64,000 bases of DNA from Woeseia sp. (GCA_021773015.1 JAJFKW010000001.1:1283305-1347304), one strand, 5' to 3'; numbered from the stretch's first letter, positions 37,068 to 50,252 are shown. Notes: generated from the letters alone by a model not told the origin. Program-made: numbers and translations.

Positions 37068-37261
37068 GACTTCCTACTCCTGCCTTATTTGTAGAGCCCC
37101 GGTCTCCAACCACCGGTTGCGGCCCATTCCTTATTATTTACGCTCGTTATTGTTCTTAAGCTGTTGGAATAATAGACGAAATTCCGATCAGATGCCCACC
37201 AGATCGGCAAAATAAGCTGCTTTTTCGTTCGGAAAGTGCCAAATATGGCGAATAACTTGGC

Positions 37262-39868
37262 CTAACTTAGATGTTCGGCCACCCAAGCAGGTACGGATTC
37301 CAGGGCTGCATCCAATGAATTAGCGTCGCTCCCCCCCGCCTGCGCAAAATCTGGCCGACCGCCCCCGCGACCACCGACCATCTCCGCTACCGGCTGAATG
37401 ATGTCTCCCGCGCGAATTCGTGACACCGCATTCTTTGTCACGCCAGCTGCCAAGCGCACTTTGCCATCGTCAACCGATCCTAGGACAACAATCGCTGTTT
37501 GCAGCTTGTCTCTGTAACGGTCGACGGCATCTCGCAGCGTTTTCGCGTCTGCACCATCAATGCGCGTGACCAGAATCTTTATTCCGTCAATTTCCGTGAT
37601 GTTCTCACTTTTATTCGTCTCGCCACCAATTAACAATTTCTGTTTGGCTGTCGCCAAATCCTTTTCAAGCAATTTGTTTCGTTTCAGGAGTTGTTCAACC
37701 TTACTCGCCACCTGATCACGGGAAATACGTAGTATCGACGCCGCAGATTCGAGCTGTTTTTGATTTTCATCGATCCATTGAAGCGCACCCTTTCCAGTAA
37801 CCGCCTCGATACGACGAATACCTGATGCAACACCACTTTCGGAGATGATCTTGAAAACCCCGATATCGCCGACTCTTTTGACATGAGTTCCGCCACAAAG
37901 CTCAACCGAAAAATCTCCGAAGCGAAGTACACGCACTTCGTCATCGTATTTTTCGCCAAACAATGCGACGGCACCAGACTCTAACGCGTCTTCGTAGTCC
38001 ATCAGCCTCGTATCGGAATCGCTATTCAGTCGAATCTGTTCGTTGACTATGTTTTCGATCTCTGCCTGCTCCTCGACAATCACCGGTTCGTAATGAGAAA
38101 AATCGAAGCGCAATTTCTCGGCTGTTACTAGCGAACCCTTTTGTAATACATGCTCGCCCAGCAGGTTACGTAGGGCCGCATGCATAATGTGCGTTGCAGA
38201 ATGATTTAGTACTATTGCTGCGCGACGCTCTGCATCCACCTGCGCAAGCACCACATCCCCGACTGCTAGGAAACCCTCACGTACGCTGCCATAGTGAACA
38301 TACGCTTTGCCTGACTTTTGCGTATCACCTACAGTAAATGCGCCCTCTCCCGACTTGATTGCGCCGGTGTCGCCGATTTGGCCACCTGACTCTGCATAGA
38401 ATGGAGTGTGCTCAAGCAATAACGCGCCCTCATCGCCTATATTCAGCGAATCTACGCTCACTCCGTTTTTGTATGCCGCCGAAATTACAGTTGAAGATGA
38501 CGTTTCGCTATATCCCGTAAATGTAGTGTGTTGATCTGATTTGATACCCGATTCACCAGCGACACTGAATTTGCTCGCGCTTTTCGCCATGTTGCGTTGA
38601 ATGTTCATTGCCGCTTCAAAGCCATCACGATCTACCGTCAGCTTGCGTTCCCTGGCAATGTCGGCGGTTAGATCGAGCGGAAAACCATAGGTATCATAAA
38701 GTTTAAATGCTACGTCGCCAGGAATTTGATTGTTACCCAAGGCAGCAATTGATGACTCAAGTATCGCCATTCCTTGATCCAATGTTTCCGCAAACCTCTG
38801 TTCCTCTTTTTTCAGAACCTTTTCAACGTGAGATTGATGCTTATTTAATTCTGGATACGCTTCGCCCATTTGAACGCAAAGTGGTGCAACCAACTTGAAG
38901 AAAAATATTTCATTTACGCCGAGTTTTTTTCCGTGTCGTATTGCGCGTCTGATGATTCGGCGAAGAACATAGCCTCGACCTTCGTTGCCTGGCAACACGC
39001 CGTCAACAATGAGAAACGAGCAAGCCCTTATATGATCGGCTATTACATTCAGAGAATTTGACCCGTCTTGCTTAACCCCTAGAATTTCCGCCGTAGCCGC
39101 GGTAAGCGCCACAAACAGATCAATATCGTAGTTTGAGTGCACGCCCTGTAACACCGCAGAAATTCGCTCAAGCCCCATCCCCGTATCAACCGACGGTTTC
39201 GGCAAAGGCGTCATGCGGCCATCGGCAGCGCGATCAAACTGCATGAAGACGAGATTCCATATCTCAACGAAGCGATCGCCATCCTCATCGGGAGACCCCG
39301 GTGGACCACCCGCAACTTCGGGACCGTGATCGAAGAATATCTCGCTGCAAGGACCACACGGACCCGTATCGCCCATGGCCCAAAAATTGTCTTTGGCACC
39401 AAGTCGGGAAAACCGATTCGGATCGATCTTCATCGTATTGAGCCAAATATCGGCCGCCTCGTCGTCATCCTCATAAACTGTGACCCAGAGCTTCTCTGGC
39501 GGCAGTCCTAAGACACGAGTGAGGAATTCCCAGGCAAAAATTACGGCATCGTCCTTGAAGTAATCGCCAAAACTAAAATTGCCAAGCATTTCAAAGAACG
39601 TATGGTGGCGCGCGGTATAACCGACATTTTCAAGATCATTGTGCTTGCCACCGGCACGCACACAGCGTTGGGATGTTGCGGCGCGCGAATACTTTCGCTT
39701 GTCCTCCCCGAGAAAGACATCCTTGAATTGCACCATTCCGGCATTCGTAAACAGCAATGTCGGGTCATTACCAGGAACAAGTGGGGAACTGGCGACCACC
39801 TCGTGGCCGCGCTCGTCAAAATAATCGAGGAATGCCTGTCGCACCTCATTGCTGGACATCGTTTTCAT
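37262..39868 (-). CDS. alaS: alanine--tRNA ligase
   Basis: 868 aa. N-terminus aligns to E. coli AlaS ([36 protein letters not shown]). An alternative start is at 39859. Confidence 0.95.
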   Translation of the reverse strand: MKTMSSNEVRQAFLDYFDERGHEVVASSPLVPGNDPTLLFTNAGMVQFKDVFLGEDKRKYSRAATSQRCVRAGGKHNDLENVGYTARHHTFFEMLGNFSFGDYFKDDAVIFAWEFLTRVLGLPPEKLWVTVYEDDDEAADIWLNTMKIDPNRFSRLGAKDNFWAMGDTGPCGPCSEIFFDHGPEVAGGPPGSPDEDGDRFVEIWNLVFMQFDRAADGRMTPLPKPSVDTGMGLERISAVLQGVHSNYDIDLFVALTAATAEILGVKQDGSNSLNVIADHIRACSFLIVDGVLPGNEGRGYVLRRIIRRAIRHGKKLGVNEIFFFKLVAPLCVQMGEAYPELNKHQSHVEKVLKKEEQRFAETLDQGMAILESSIAALGNNQIPGDVAFKLYDTYGFPLDLTADIARERKLTVDRDGFEAAMNIQRNMAKSASKFSVAGESGIKSDQHTTFTGYSETSSSTVISAAYKNGVSVDSLNIGDEGALLLEHTPFYAESGGQIGDTGAIKSGEGAFTVGDTQKSGKAYVHYGSVREGFLAVGDVVLAQVDAERRAAIVLNHSATHIMHAALRNLLGEHVLQKGSLVTAEKLRFDFSHYEPVIVEEQAEIENIVNEQIRLNSDSDTRLMDYEDALESGAVALFGEKYDDEVRVLRFGDFSVELCGGTHVKRVGDIGVFKIISESGVASGIRRIEAVTGKGALQWIDENQKQLESAASILRISRDQVASKVEQLLKRNKLLEKDLATAKQKLLIGGETNKSENITEIDGIKILVTRIDGADAKTLRDAVDRYRDKLQTAIVVLGSVDDGKVRLAAGVTKNAVSRIRAGDIIQPVAEMVGGRGGGRPDFAQAGGSDANSLDAALESVPAWVAEHLS

Positions 39869-39948
39869 GCGAGCGATCTTAGGTTAATCCGAGGAATATC
39901 AACAGCCCTATGTGTGAACACCGGCCAATGGCAATGCCACTGTTTGAC

Positions 39949-40470
39949 TCAGTCGGCACGCAGCGCAGATTGGATATGGCTTTGTTCAAAACCGCGATAT
40001 TGTAAGAAACGCATCTGCCGCGCTTTTTCCTTGAACTCCAACGGCAGATTCTGGCCGAATTTCTTTTTGCGCACATCGCGGGCAAGCTTGTACCAGTCGG
40101 CTTCGCACTCGGACAAGACGATTTCGATGAGTTCGCCTTGAATTGCACGCAACATCAAGTCCGCGACAATGCGCTGTGGCCCCTTACCTTGGTTGACCCG
40201 CGATTGGATGAAGCTCTCAACGAAGCGCCGATCATCTTGCAGACCATCGTCGCGAAGGGAGCGTGTTGCCTGCGCTGCAACGGCGCCGTCGAATCCTGCA
40301 GACTCTAACTTTTTTGTCAATTCTTGCGCGCCGTATTCACGACGCGCAAGGTAGTCCATGGCCTTTTTTCGGGCTTCTGCTGGGCTGCGATGCCGACCAT
40401 CGTCCTCAGGAGCGAACAAGTCGCTGTTGAGATCATGAACGGATTTTTGACGGTCGCCTGTTTCGATCAT
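39949..40470 (-). CDS. recX: recombination regulator RecX
   Basis: 173 aa with the RecX three-helix-repeat architecture. Position between recA and alaS matches E. coli. Confidence 0.75.
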   Translation of the reverse strand: MIETGDRQKSVHDLNSDLFAPEDDGRHRSPAEARKKAMDYLARREYGAQELTKKLESAGFDGAVAAQATRSLRDDGLQDDRRFVESFIQSRVNQGKGPQRIVADLMLRAIQGELIEIVLSECEADWYKLARDVRKKKFGQNLPLEFKEKARQMRFLQYRGFEQSHIQSALRAD

Positions 40471-40546
40471 AACGCGGGAGCCTAACGTATCATTTCACTA
40501 TTGTAGTGATCCATTAATCATGAATCACTACAAGTAAAATACGTGA

Positions 40547-41593
40547 TTACGCTTCCTGCGCAACCACCTCGTCGGCCGCTGCCGCGTCGTCAATTGCATT
40601 CGGATCGGGCAACAAAATTGTGCGAATTTGGCGTTCTATGTCCGCAGCCGTTTCTGGGTTATTTCTTAGAAACTCACGCACGTTTTCTTTGCCTTGCCCA
40701 ATGCGATCACTGCCATAGCTGTACCACGAGCCTGCTTTATCGATAATGCCCTGTGCAACGCCGTGCTCAATAATCTCGCCTTCACGCGAAATTCCTTCCC
40801 CGTAGAGAATCTCGAACTCTGCTTGCTTGAATGGCGGCGAAACTTTGTTTTTCACCACCTTCACGCGAGTCTGATTACCGATGATTTCGTCGCCCTTTTT
40901 GATAGCGCCAATGCGCCGTATATCCAAACGCACCGAAGAATAAAACTTGAGCGCATTTCCGCCGGTCGTCGTTTCCGGGCTGCCGAACATAACGCCGATT
41001 TTCATGCGAATCTGATTGATAAAAATCACCATCGCATTGGATCGTTTGATATTGCCGGTCAATTTTCTCAGTGCTTGTGACATCAGTCTCGCTTGCAAAC
41101 CCATATGCGAATCGCCCATTTCGCCTTCGATTTCCGCTTTGGGCGTCAGCGCTGCCACCGAGTCCACGACGATCACGTCAACTGCACCGGAGCGCACCAA
41201 CATGTCGGTAATTTCCAGCGCCTGTTCGCCGGTATCCGGTTGCGATACCAGCAACTCGTCGACATTTACGCCGAGTTTCTCAGCATACGCCGGGTCAAGC
41301 GCATGCTCTGCATCAACGAATGCAGCAGTTCCGCCAATTTTTTGCGATTCTGCAACAACCTGCAGTGTCAAAGTGGTTTTACCCGATGACTCTGGGCCGT
41401 AGATTTCTACCACTCTTCCTTTGGGCAATCCGCCAATTCCGAGAGCAACGTCCAGGCCGATAGAGCCACTCGAAATCACCTCAAGATCAGGAATTAGGCC
41501 GCCGTCGCCGAGCCGCATTACGGAGCCTTTTCCGAATTGTTTTTCTATCTGGCCAAGTGCGGCCGAGAGTGCTTTTTTGCGATTGTCATCCAT
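40547..41593 (-). CDS. recA: recombinase RecA
   Basis: 348 aa with Walker [10 protein letters not shown]; aligns throughout to RecA. Confidence 0.95.
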   Translation of the reverse strand: MDDNRKKALSAALGQIEKQFGKGSVMRLGDGGLIPDLEVISSGSIGLDVALGIGGLPKGRVVEIYGPESSGKTTLTLQVVAESQKIGGTAAFVDAEHALDPAYAEKLGVNVDELLVSQPDTGEQALEITDMLVRSGAVDVIVVDSVAALTPKAEIEGEMGDSHMGLQARLMSQALRKLTGNIKRSNAMVIFINQIRMKIGVMFGSPETTTGGNALKFYSSVRLDIRRIGAIKKGDEIIGNQTRVKVVKNKVSPPFKQAEFEILYGEGISREGEIIEHGVAQGIIDKAGSWYSYGSDRIGQGKENVREFLRNNPETAADIERQIRTILLPDPNAIDDAAAADEVVAQEA

Positions 41594-41711
41594 TATTTAT
41601 TAAGCCGTTTATGAGGTGAGAACTGATTGCCGATTATTCCACAAATGGACCGCGGCGGGCAGTCGTCAAGCGTATCCAAATCGGGGCAATGTATTAAGAA
41701 TCGTGCCGAAC

Positions 41712-42221
41712 TTATTGTTTCAATGGACGGTACTGAACGCCGCCAGGAACCGAAATCGACTCAACTAATTCGAAGCCACTCCAATTAAACTCTATTGGAC
41801 GCGCCAATCGAACGACCTCGAATGGTCTGGCAGCGCGCAGCGCCGTAATGTGGGGCCGATATTCATGCATTTCTGGGGCCACGGCGTATGCGGAGACGAG
41901 GGACTCGAGCCGAGTCTTTAGGCTCGCTAACTCGTCTGGCACCGTGGTGACCTGCAGACAACCAATTTTCGGCCTGGGCCAGTAGGTGAGCCGGTCAAAA
42001 CGCAACCTAAAGGGAGCGACCTCGACATGGGCCGCCCTAATTTTGAGTTCTTCGGTCAACTTGTCGGAAAACGCACCCAGGAACACCAAGGTCACGTGCC
42101 AATTTCGTCGATCAACGATTTTGCCTTCGATTGACGACAATAGCGGCCGGAACGCGTCCCGAAGTTGATTACGCTGCCGATCGTCCGGCCATAACGCGAA
42201 GAAAAGACGTCGCTCAGCCAC
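41712..42221 (-). CDS. thpR: RNA 2',3'-cyclic phosphodiesterase (2H phosphoesterase, ThpR/LigT)
   Basis: Two H-x-T-x motifs (HVTLVFLG, HITAL). Start set at GTG 42219-42221 (MAERRLFFALWPD), overlapping the cinA stop as GTGGCTGA. The listed ORF extends to 42323 but would overlap cinA by 110 bp. Confidence 0.65.
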   Translation of the reverse strand: MAERRLFFALWPDDRQRNQLRDAFRPLLSSIEGKIVDRRNWHVTLVFLGAFSDKLTEELKIRAAHVEVAPFRLRFDRLTYWPRPKIGCLQVTTVPDELASLKTRLESLVSAYAVAPEMHEYRPHITALRAARPFEVVRLARPIEFNWSGFELVESISVPGGVQYRPLKQ

Positions 42222-42723
42222 TAGATCGTAGCCGCTGAAGCAGTCCTTTAATAGCCAATGCGACAGTTTCTCGGCGAACATCGTCCCGCTCACCGTCGAA
42301 TAGATGCAACTCGGTATCAACATTCACTGCTTTGGCGGCTCGACTCGCCCAGCCGAACCAAACCGTTCCCACCGGCTTGCTGCTACTTCCTCCACCAGGC
42401 CCCGCTATGCCGCTCACCGCTACCGCAATATCCGCACCGCTCAAATCAAGTGCGCCAGTCGACATTTCGGAGACGGTTTGCCGACTCACAGCACCGTGTT
42501 TGGCAAGTGTGTGCGGGTGCACGCCCAAAAGAGACACTTTCGCGTCATTAGAATAGCTCACCACGCCATAGCCGAAGCACGTCGAACTTCCGTCAACATC
42601 GGTGATTGCCTTTGCGATCCACCCGCCGGTACAAGATTCTGCGGTCGCGACACTTTTTCCAGCGTTAGACAGCGCGGCGACCAACTCGACCGAGAAGCTA
42701 GCAACTTCGTCCGTCGTCGTCAT
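42214..42723 (-). CDS. pncC: CinA-family protein (C-terminal domain; nicotinamide-nucleotide amidohydrolase PncC-like)
   Basis: 169 aa. ATAESCTGGWIA motif typical of the CinA C-terminal domain. Confidence 0.8.
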   Translation of the reverse strand: MTTTDEVASFSVELVAALSNAGKSVATAESCTGGWIAKAITDVDGSSTCFGYGVVSYSNDAKVSLLGVHPHTLAKHGAVSRQTVSEMSTGALDLSGADIAVAVSGIAGPGGGSSSKPVGTVWFGWASRAAKAVNVDTELHLFDGERDDVRRETVALAIKGLLQRLRSSG

Positions 42724-43814
42724 CTTGGCACAGCACTCGTGATCGATTTGTATAGCTGTATATGTTTGCTCACCATTTCGTCAATTGTAAACTCGCGGCG
42801 CATCCTTGCACGGCCATTTTGCCCTAGCGATTCTCGTAACCGCGGATTCTCTATCAGACGACGGATTGCTTGCAACAATCCGTCTGCATCCCGTGGGGCG
42901 ACGAGCAACCCGGTTTCACCATCAACGACCGCTTCTTTGGCCCCGCCGATTGCAAATGCGACCACCGGCAGGCCGGCTGCTGCTGCTTTTAGCATTGCAA
43001 CACCCAACCCTTCCTGCGAAGCCGGGTGAATGAGCATATCTGCTAGGCTGAATAGCGAATCGAGGTCGCCACGGTAACCCGCGAATTGTACGAAAGATCG
43101 CAGATTGAAGTCGGCAACGACTTGCTTCAGTGTTTTTTCGAGCGGCCCCTTACCGAATATGATGACCCGAAATTGAGGCTGATCGGCGACCAGATGGCGC
43201 AGCGCCTGCAATAATATTCGATGCCCTTTGCGTTCGATCAGCTGCGCAGCAACAAGCGCGACAATATTATCCTTCGTCAGTTTGAATTGACTTTGCCACT
43301 CGTCGCGACTCGTTCGCTGCACAAGTGCTGGCGTCTGCACTGCACTTCTTATCATTTCGATCTTTTCATCAGCGACACCCGCTGCGGCAAGTGACCCGCG
43401 TACGTTATCCGATATAGCGACGATTCGTTCAAATAGCGCAAATCGCAGCCTTGACGTAATGCGGGGCTCAACGCTGTCCACGCGTCGCGACAATATCGCT
43501 GGTATTTTTAGTCCACGAGCGGCTCTGCCGCCGAAAAAATCGGCACCGCGGCGACTGTGACAGTGGACGACGTCCGGCCGCTGCTTTATTAGGTAGCGGC
43601 GCAACCGCGACATAAAAAGGATATCGAGGTCACCGCCACAAAAAATGGGTTCAAGCGCAATTCCGAGACGCAGCGCGGCACGATATACATCGCTGTCCGG
43701 CATACAAACCAGACTTGATTCTACATTTCGTGCTTGTAGGCCTGCGCACAGATACAAAACTTGCTGCGCGCCACCGTACAGGTTCCGGCCTGTCTCAACA
43801 TGAACTATCTTCAC
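42720..43814 (-). CDS. glycosyltransferase family 4 (GT-B fold)
   Basis: 364 aa. C-terminal [19 protein letters not shown]...GETG motif of GT4 enzymes. Stop overlaps the cinA start as ATGA. Confidence 0.75.
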   Translation of the reverse strand: MKIVHVETGRNLYGGAQQVLYLCAGLQARNVESSLVCMPDSDVYRAALRLGIALEPIFCGGDLDILFMSRLRRYLIKQRPDVVHCHSRRGADFFGGRAARGLKIPAILSRRVDSVEPRITSRLRFALFERIVAISDNVRGSLAAAGVADEKIEMIRSAVQTPALVQRTSRDEWQSQFKLTKDNIVALVAAQLIERKGHRILLQALRHLVADQPQFRVIIFGKGPLEKTLKQVVADFNLRSFVQFAGYRGDLDSLFSLADMLIHPASQEGLGVAMLKAAAAGLPVVAFAIGGAKEAVVDGETGLLVAPRDADGLLQAIRRLIENPRLRESLGQNGRARMRREFTIDEMVSKHIQLYKSITSAVPR

Positions 43815-43891
43815 CCAGGCATAATCCTTTCGCGACTACCGATCGACTGCTAGCATTGCCAGACAAATGGCAAGCGTATAAGAAAAAGGCG

Positions 43892-46447
43892 ATGAACGCA
43901 GAAGTCAGCCCAGTACATACGCCAATGATGCAGCAATACACGCGCATCAAGGGCGACTATCCCAACATGTTGGTGTTCTATCGGATGGGCGACTTTTACG
44001 AGCTCTTCTACGATGACGCTCGTCGTGCCGCATCGCTTCTGGACATTACTCTGACTGCGCGAGGAAAGTCCGGCGGTAATGCAATACCGATGGCAGGCGT
44101 TCCGTATCACGCCGCAGAGGGGTATCTGGCAAAGCTGGTGCAAAAAGGCGAATCAGTTGCAATCTGTGAGCAGGTAGGTGATCCAGCGACGAGCAAGGGT
44201 CCCGTCGAGCGTAAAGTGATGCGGGTGGTCACGCCTGGCACTTTGACGGACGAGGCGCTATTACCGAGAAACCGCGCAGTCGTCGTCGCGTCACTTTACT
44301 CCACGAATGCGCGCACCGGCATTGCATGGCTGGATTTGGCCGGCGGAAGATTTCGATTGACCGAGGTCGATGGTCGCGAGGCTATCGCGGCTGAATTGGA
44401 GCGTCTACGACCTGCCGAGCTGATATACAACGAAGAGCAACCAATTGGCGATTTTTCCATAGCTGTGAGGCCAACCGCGAGACCCCCATGGCACTTCGAT
44501 TTGGATAGCGCGACTCGATTGCTTTGCTCGCAATTTCAGACGAAGGACCTCGCTGGATTCGGCTGCGATGAATTTTCCACGGGCGTTGCTGCTGCCGGCG
44601 CTCTAATGCAATACGTCATTGACACACAGAAAACAGCGCTACCGCACCTTACTTCCATTACCGTCGAACGGACGGACGATGCGGTCATTATGGATGGCCC
44701 GACACGCCGCAACCTGGAACTCGAAAGCAGCATTAGCGGCCGTGACGAGCACACGCTCGCGGGCGTTATGGATCGCTGCCAAAGCCCAATGGGCGGAAGA
44801 TTGTTGCGACGTTGGATACAACGGCCGCTGCGCGATGCACAGCTTTTGCGTGCGCGGTATCAAGCCATTGACACGATTATCGAGCGCAATTTGACCGACA
44901 ATCTGCAACAACAGATTAACGGCATCGGTGACGTAGAACGGATTCTCGCACGTATCGCGCTGAAGTCGGCTAGACCTCGCGATCTAAGGCAGCTTTCCGA
45001 AGCACTGTCACGGCTGCCCGCCATTCATGAGACGCTTGCGCCGTTGGATTCGCCACTTCTTTCGAGTCTTTCTGAAAATATTCATAGCCATCCCAAACAA
45101 AGAGAATTGCTGCAAAAGTCATTGGTGGATAATCCTCCGATGCTGATTCGGGACGGTGGCGTTATTGCAACTGGCTACGACGGAGAGTTGGACGAATTGC
45201 GCGGCATCGCGAATAACGCGGATCAATTCTTACTGGATCTGGAAACGCGAGAGAAAGAGCGCACTGGTATATCGACGCTGAAGTTGGGTTACAACAGAGT
45301 CCACGGCTACTACATCGAAATCAGCAAGGGCCAAGCAGACAAGGCACCTGTCGACTATATTCGAAGGCAAACGCTCAAAGGTGCGGAACGCTACATCACG
45401 CCAGAGTTGAAGAGCTTTGAGGACAAAGTCCTAAGTGCGCGCGAACGCGCACTTAGTCGCGAAAAGTTTTTGTACGAACAGCTTCTGGAGATATTGCTCG
45501 CCGAACTTGCATCGCTGCAACAAACGGCATCTGGACTTGCCATATTAGACGTCATCACGTGTTTTGCCGAACGCGCCGCCATTCTCAACCTCGTCAAGCC
45601 AACGTTGGTTCGCGAACCCTGCTTTGAGATTCGCGCCGGGCGCCACTTGATAGTCGAGCAAGTGATAGACACGCCATTTATCGCCAACGATTTGGACTTC
45701 AATGAAAAGCAGCGATTGCTGGTCATTACGGGGCCCAACATGGGCGGCAAATCTACTTATATGCGACAAGCGGCGTTGATTTGTATTCTCGCGCACGTCG
45801 GTAGCTTTGTTCCCGCCGACAGTCTGCGAATCGGCCCTATCGATAGAATTTTTACTCGTATTGGTGCATCTGACGATCTTGCAGGCGGCCGCTCGACATT
45901 TATGGTCGAGATGACGGAGACGGCGACGATATTGAACAATGCGACTGCACAAAGCCTGGTGCTTATGGATGAAATTGGCCGCGGCACCAGTACTTTTGAT
46001 GGATTATCTCTCGCTTGGGCAGCCGCACATTTTATGGGTGACCGGGTTCGCGCATTTACGCTTTTCGCTACCCATTACTTTGAACTAACCGCATTGGCCA
46101 CAGAAATTTCGGACTGTAAGAACGTGCATTTGGACGCGACCGAACACAAGGGGCAACTGGTTTTTTTGCACGCGGTAAAACCGGGACCAGCGAATCGAAG
46201 CTATGGTTTACAGGTGGCCGCGCTTGCTGGCGTGCCACCGAAGGTGATTCGCCGGGCAAAAAATTACATGGCATCGCTGGAAGCACAGCAATCAGCGGAC
46301 CACCCACAGGGTCAACTTGAATTAAATGTTGTAGACGAAGAAGCACATAATCCGCTTCTCGATGCGCTCGACGCGATTGATCCGGATTCCTTATCGCCGC
46401 GTGATGCACTGCGAAAACTCTACGAGTTGAAAAAAATCATCTCATAG
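43892..46447 (+). CDS. mutS: DNA mismatch repair protein MutS
   Basis: N-terminus [39 protein letters not shown] aligns to MutS from the ATG at 43892. Walker [10 protein letters not shown]. The listed ORF begins at a TTG at 43715, but the alignment supports 43892. Confidence 0.9.
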   Translation: MNAEVSPVHTPMMQQYTRIKGDYPNMLVFYRMGDFYELFYDDARRAASLLDITLTARGKSGGNAIPMAGVPYHAAEGYLAKLVQKGESVAICEQVGDPATSKGPVERKVMRVVTPGTLTDEALLPRNRAVVVASLYSTNARTGIAWLDLAGGRFRLTEVDGREAIAAELERLRPAELIYNEEQPIGDFSIAVRPTARPPWHFDLDSATRLLCSQFQTKDLAGFGCDEFSTGVAAAGALMQYVIDTQKTALPHLTSITVERTDDAVIMDGPTRRNLELESSISGRDEHTLAGVMDRCQSPMGGRLLRRWIQRPLRDAQLLRARYQAIDTIIERNLTDNLQQQINGIGDVERILARIALKSARPRDLRQLSEALSRLPAIHETLAPLDSPLLSSLSENIHSHPKQRELLQKSLVDNPPMLIRDGGVIATGYDGELDELRGIANNADQFLLDLETREKERTGISTLKLGYNRVHGYYIEISKGQADKAPVDYIRRQTLKGAERYITPELKSFEDKVLSARERALSREKFLYEQLLEILLAELASLQQTASGLAILDVITCFAERAAILNLVKPTLVREPCFEIRAGRHLIVEQVIDTPFIANDLDFNEKQRLLVITGPNMGGKSTYMRQAALICILAHVGSFVPADSLRIGPIDRIFTRIGASDDLAGGRSTFMVEMTETATILNNATAQSLVLMDEIGRGTSTFDGLSLAWAAAHFMGDRVRAFTLFATHYFELTALATEISDCKNVHLDATEHKGQLVFLHAVKPGPANRSYGLQVAALAGVPPKVIRRAKNYMASLEAQQSADHPQGQLELNVVDEEAHNPLLDALDAIDPDSLSPRDALRKLYELKKIIS

Positions 46448-46622
46448 CAACAACACAACTCGTCGAAATCAAGCGGTGATTATGAGATTTACCACGTTAG
46501 AACTGCGGTCCGTTTTGCTCCGACTGAAACGCTGGCCACATGCATCCAGCAACAACGGCAACCACTATCGCAAAGTACGACAACGCCAGCAATTTCCGTT
46601 AAATGCACCGTATTCGCTTCGG

Positions 46623-47267
46623 CTATCGTTGAAATGCTCCGTGGACAATGAAATGCGCGCACTGATCAGCAACGTCAGTAGAGAGCACTAATCCGGAATG
46701 GCTAACCGCCATTCGCAAATGATCTTTTGCGCCCGGCAACTGAGTTTCGGAGACTGCCACCGTCCCGTCATTGTCCTCGTCGAACTTTGCAACGAGTCGT
46801 CCCAGCCCAACCGGAACAGTTCCAGCAATAATGCCTACATCACGTTTGGCCGTGACGTCTGTCGCCCACTCGTTGGCGGCCTCGGCGACAACTCCGTCGG
46901 TTATTGTTTTGCCAAGAATAAGATTTCCCCAGTCGGAACCATGCAGAAAGTTCGCAGCCCGTGATCCGCACAGCGGAGATCCAAGACAAACAACGCGACC
47001 AGTTGTTAAGTCTGGGTTGAGCGATAACATACGTAGCGCTACAACCCCTCCAAGACTATGTGCGACGAGATGTAACCGGTCTGCTTCTTCGTCACGAACA
47101 AAGTCGGCCAATAGTTCCGCATTCTCATCTAATGAGCCCCGGACTGACGGGTAATGAAACAACTTGCCGGGCAATGCATGCTTTGCCTGCAGATGCCGCT
47201 GGAGTAGCAGCATTTCTTCGCCAGGCATCCATATACCGTGCAAATACACAACCAGATCAGTACTCAT
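46623..47267 (-). CDS. alpha/beta-hydrolase fold protein
   Basis: GHSLGG nucleophile elbow. Start at ATG 47267 (MSTDLVVYLHGIW); the extended ORF is Arg/Cys-rich and unlikely to be translated. Confidence 0.65.
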   Translation of the reverse strand: MSTDLVVYLHGIWMPGEEMLLLQRHLQAKHALPGKLFHYPSVRGSLDENAELLADFVRDEEADRLHLVAHSLGGVVALRMLSLNPDLTTGRVVCLGSPLCGSRAANFLHGSDWGNLILGKTITDGVVAEAANEWATDVTAKRDVGIIAGTVPVGLGRLVAKFDEDNDGTVAVSETQLPGAKDHLRMAVSHSGLVLSTDVADQCAHFIVHGAFQR

Positions 47268-47689
47268 AATGTTGCTTTCAGCGACTCCAGTGCACGACGG
47301 TTTGTCCATGACCAAACGGTGGCAATGGCATCGTCGATATCGGTCCACTTCGCGGCGGAGTGTTCTGCAGAACTCAACCGCAACTCCTGCCTCGCAGCTA
47401 GCGGGCACATGTATTCGTACTCGACATTCTCGACAACACCGGGCGAAAATCGGTCGCGCCATCTCTCGTCAATCGTAAATTGCCGGGTTACACCAGTATA
47501 GTGAAGCTCATTTTGCAACCCTGTTTCTTCAAGTAATTCGCGACGTGCCGCCTCATCATGATTTTCGGCGGGCTGCAGACTGCCGGTCACAGATTGCCAA
47601 AATTCGAATGGCTTTACGCGTTTTAAAATCAGCACTTCGCCATCATTCGTATATACGACGACCAATACTGACTCTGGGCGCCTAAGCAT
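47264..47689 (-). CDS. NUDIX hydrolase
   Basis: Nudix box GSLQPAENHDEAARRELLEETGL. Start at ATG 47689; the stop overlaps the next gene's start as ATGA. Confidence 0.75.
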   Translation of the reverse strand: MLRRPESVLVVVYTNDGEVLILKRVKPFEFWQSVTGSLQPAENHDEAARRELLEETGLQNELHYTGVTRQFTIDERWRDRFSPGVVENVEYEYMCPLAARQELRLSSAEHSAAKWTDIDDAIATVWSWTNRRALESLKATL

Positions 47690-47703
47690 CCTCGCGGACG
47701 CGC

Positions 47704-49476
47704 TCACTCTGTCCGCGTTGTGCGCAGCCGAATACCGGTTTCTTTGAGTTGTGCTGCCGAAACCTCGCCAGGCGCGTTTGTCAGCGGGCAACTGGCAGTC
47801 TGCGTTTTTGGGAACGCAATGACATCGCGGATACTGTCCTCGCCGGCCATTAGCATCACCATTCGATCCAGTCCGAACGCGATGCCGCCATGTGGTGGGC
47901 AACCGAACTCCAATGCACGCAGCAAAAAGCCGAATTTCTCTTCAGCCTCATCGTCACTAATATCCAGCAAATCAAATACGGCCGCCTGCATTTTACGATC
48001 GTGAATTCGTACCGAGCCACCGCCAATTTCGGAACCGTTCAGAACCATGTCGTAGGCCCTGGACAATACGCTTCCCGGATCCGCTCGCAACGCAGATGGG
48101 TCGTCAGTACTCGGCGCCGTGAACGGATGGTGCAAAGACGTCCACCGTTGCGTTTGTTTATCTTTTTCGAACATTGGAAAATCAACAACCCACATTGGCC
48201 GCCAACCTTCTGCCACCAAGTTTCGATCCTCACCCAACTTCACACGCAATGCGCCGAGTGCATCGTTGACGATCCGCGCATTGTCGGCGCCAAAAAATAC
48301 GAGGTCGCCACTTTGCGCACCAGTCCTTTGCATGATTCCGGTGATTGCCTCATCAGGGAGAAACTTCAAGATCGGCGACTGCAATCCATCTCGACCGGCA
48401 GCCTCGTCGTTAACTTTGATATACGCGAGACCCTTAGCACCGTATCGTCCAACAAATGCTGTGTAGTCGTCGATTTCTTTGCGGGTAAGGTCATTACCGC
48501 CAGGAAGACACAATGCGGCAACGCGACCATTCGGATCCTGCGCTGGCCCAGCGAATACTTTGAATTCCACGGATGCCAATAGATCGGAAACCTCAGTCAA
48601 CTCCAGATCGATTCGCAAATCCGGTTTGTCGGAGCCAAATCGATACATCGCTTCAACGTATGGCATGCGCGGAAATGGTGTCGGCATTTCAATATCCATG
48701 ACAGTCTTGAATAGCTCGGCAACCATGTTTTCCATACTCGACATTAGCGACTCTTCGTCGACGAAACTCATTTCGATATCGAGTTGAGTAAATTCCGGCT
48801 GCCGATCGGCACGCAGGTCTTCGTCACGAAAACAACGCGCGATTTGGTAGTAACGATCCAATCCAGACATCATCAGCAATTGCTTAAATATTTGTGGCGA
48901 TTGCGGAAGGGCAAAAAATTTGCCTGGATGAGTGCGGCTTGGAACGATGTAGTCGCGTGCGCCTTCTGGGGTTGCCCTTGTCAACATCGGTGTTTCGACA
49001 TCAATAAAACCATTGTCGTCCAGGTAGTTACGCATCGCTTTGGTTACTTGATGACGTAACCGCAAATTGCCCAACATCTTTTCTCTGCGAAGATCGAGAT
49101 AGCGATACTTTAGACGCAGTTCCTCGTTTGCATTTTCATCATGGTGAAATGGTGGCGTCTCCGAATCGTTGAGCGTTGTCAGCTCATGTGCCAATATTTC
49201 GATGCTGCCAGTTGGCATATTCGGATTAACTGTACCTGCGGGCCGTTCGCGAACCGTGCCAGTTACTGCGAGCACGTATTCACCGCGAATTCTTTCAGCT
49301 TCGGCGAAGATGTCGGCACGATCGGGATCGAATACGACCTGCAACAGACCCTCTCTGTCGCGTAAATCGACGAATATGACGCCGCCATGATCGCGCCGCC
49401 TGTGAACCCAGCCGGCAACCGAAACTTGCTGTCCGATTAGTTTTTCGTCAATTTGTCCGCAATAGTGGCTGCGCAT
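47704..49476 (-). CDS. aspS: aspartate--tRNA ligase
   Basis: Aligns to E. coli AspRS from MRSHYCGQ. The listed ORF extends to 49491. Confidence 0.9.
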   Translation of the reverse strand: MRSHYCGQIDEKLIGQQVSVAGWVHRRRDHGGVIFVDLRDREGLLQVVFDPDRADIFAEAERIRGEYVLAVTGTVRERPAGTVNPNMPTGSIEILAHELTTLNDSETPPFHHDENANEELRLKYRYLDLRREKMLGNLRLRHQVTKAMRNYLDDNGFIDVETPMLTRATPEGARDYIVPSRTHPGKFFALPQSPQIFKQLLMMSGLDRYYQIARCFRDEDLRADRQPEFTQLDIEMSFVDEESLMSSMENMVAELFKTVMDIEMPTPFPRMPYVEAMYRFGSDKPDLRIDLELTEVSDLLASVEFKVFAGPAQDPNGRVAALCLPGGNDLTRKEIDDYTAFVGRYGAKGLAYIKVNDEAAGRDGLQSPILKFLPDEAITGIMQRTGAQSGDLVFFGADNARIVNDALGALRVKLGEDRNLVAEGWRPMWVVDFPMFEKDKQTQRWTSLHHPFTAPSTDDPSALRADPGSVLSRAYDMVLNGSEIGGGSVRIHDRKMQAAVFDLLDISDDEAEEKFGFLLRALEFGCPPHGGIAFGLDRMVMLMAGEDSIRDVIAFPKTQTASCPLTNAPGEVSAAQLKETGIRLRTTRTE

Positions 49477-49589
49477 GAGAGCTTTGTCCAAGGTCTGTTT
49501 TGGCTTAAAAATGAGGGCGGCATGGTACGGCCTGATATCGCTTACTGCAAGGCCGCGATATCAAAACTGCCGGCGATTTCCCTCAGATT

Positions 49590-50252
49590 TCAGCTATTTG
49601 CCGAATCATCGGTCGGCACTTTGAGTGGCAGTTCAGGCATTTGGTCACCACGCCAAGTCGGCACGACAACACCCAGAGACACGATCATCTTGAATGCCTC
49701 GTCGACCTCCATATCCATCTCGATAACGTCTTTTTTCGGCACGATAATGATGAATCCGGAAGTGGGATTTGGTGTCGTCGGCACAAACGTGGAAACCACC
49801 TCCTCGCCGGTTCTTGCCTGTACTTCACCGAGGTCCGTCGCGGTCTGAAACGCCAAACTGTAAAGGCCTTTTCGCGGGTATTCGATCATCAGTACTTTCT
49901 TGAAAGATTGACTACTGTCGGAGAATACTATTTCCGCGAATCTCTTTGCGGCAGAATAGACTGAGCGAATGACTGGAATTCGTTCGAGCATTGATTCCCA
50001 GAGGGCGACTAAACTCTTACCAACAATATTTGCTGCAAAAACCCCGGTCACAAGCAGCACAAAAATCGACAGAATCAAACCCCAAATTCCAGGAATATCG
50101 ACGCCCAGCCACTGTTCGGGCTGGAAGCGTTCCGGTATCAACACTAACGTTTTGTCGACCAGACCGATAATTAAGTTAATCAGTATTATCGTGACACCGA
50201 GCGGCACCCAGACGAGAATTCCTGCCACCAGGTAGCGACGTAATCGTTTCAT
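49590..50252 (-). CDS. DUF502-family membrane protein
   Basis: 220 aa with two N-terminal TM helices and a conserved C-terminal region (EYPRKGLYSLAF...PTTPNPTSGF). Confidence 0.7.
   Translation of the reverse strand: MKRLRRYLVAGILVWVPLGVTIILINLIIGLVDKTLVLIPERFQPEQWLGVDIPGIWGLILSIFVLLVTGVFAANIVGKSLVALWESMLERIPVIRSVYSAAKRFAEIVFSDSSQSFKKVLMIEYPRKGLYSLAFQTATDLGEVQARTGEEVVSTFVPTTPNPTSGFIIIVPKKDVIEMDMEVDEAFKMIVSLGVVVPTWRGDQMPELPLKVPTDDSANS

Noticed and set aside
41594-41711. Searched the recA upstream region for a LexA/SOS box (CTGT-N8-ACAG)
   Set aside because: No match to the gammaproteobacterial consensus is visible. A weak GAAC...GTTTC element is not convincing. No SOS box is called.
47890-48582. 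230-aa plus-strand ORF
   Set aside because: It lies entirely within and antisense to aspS.
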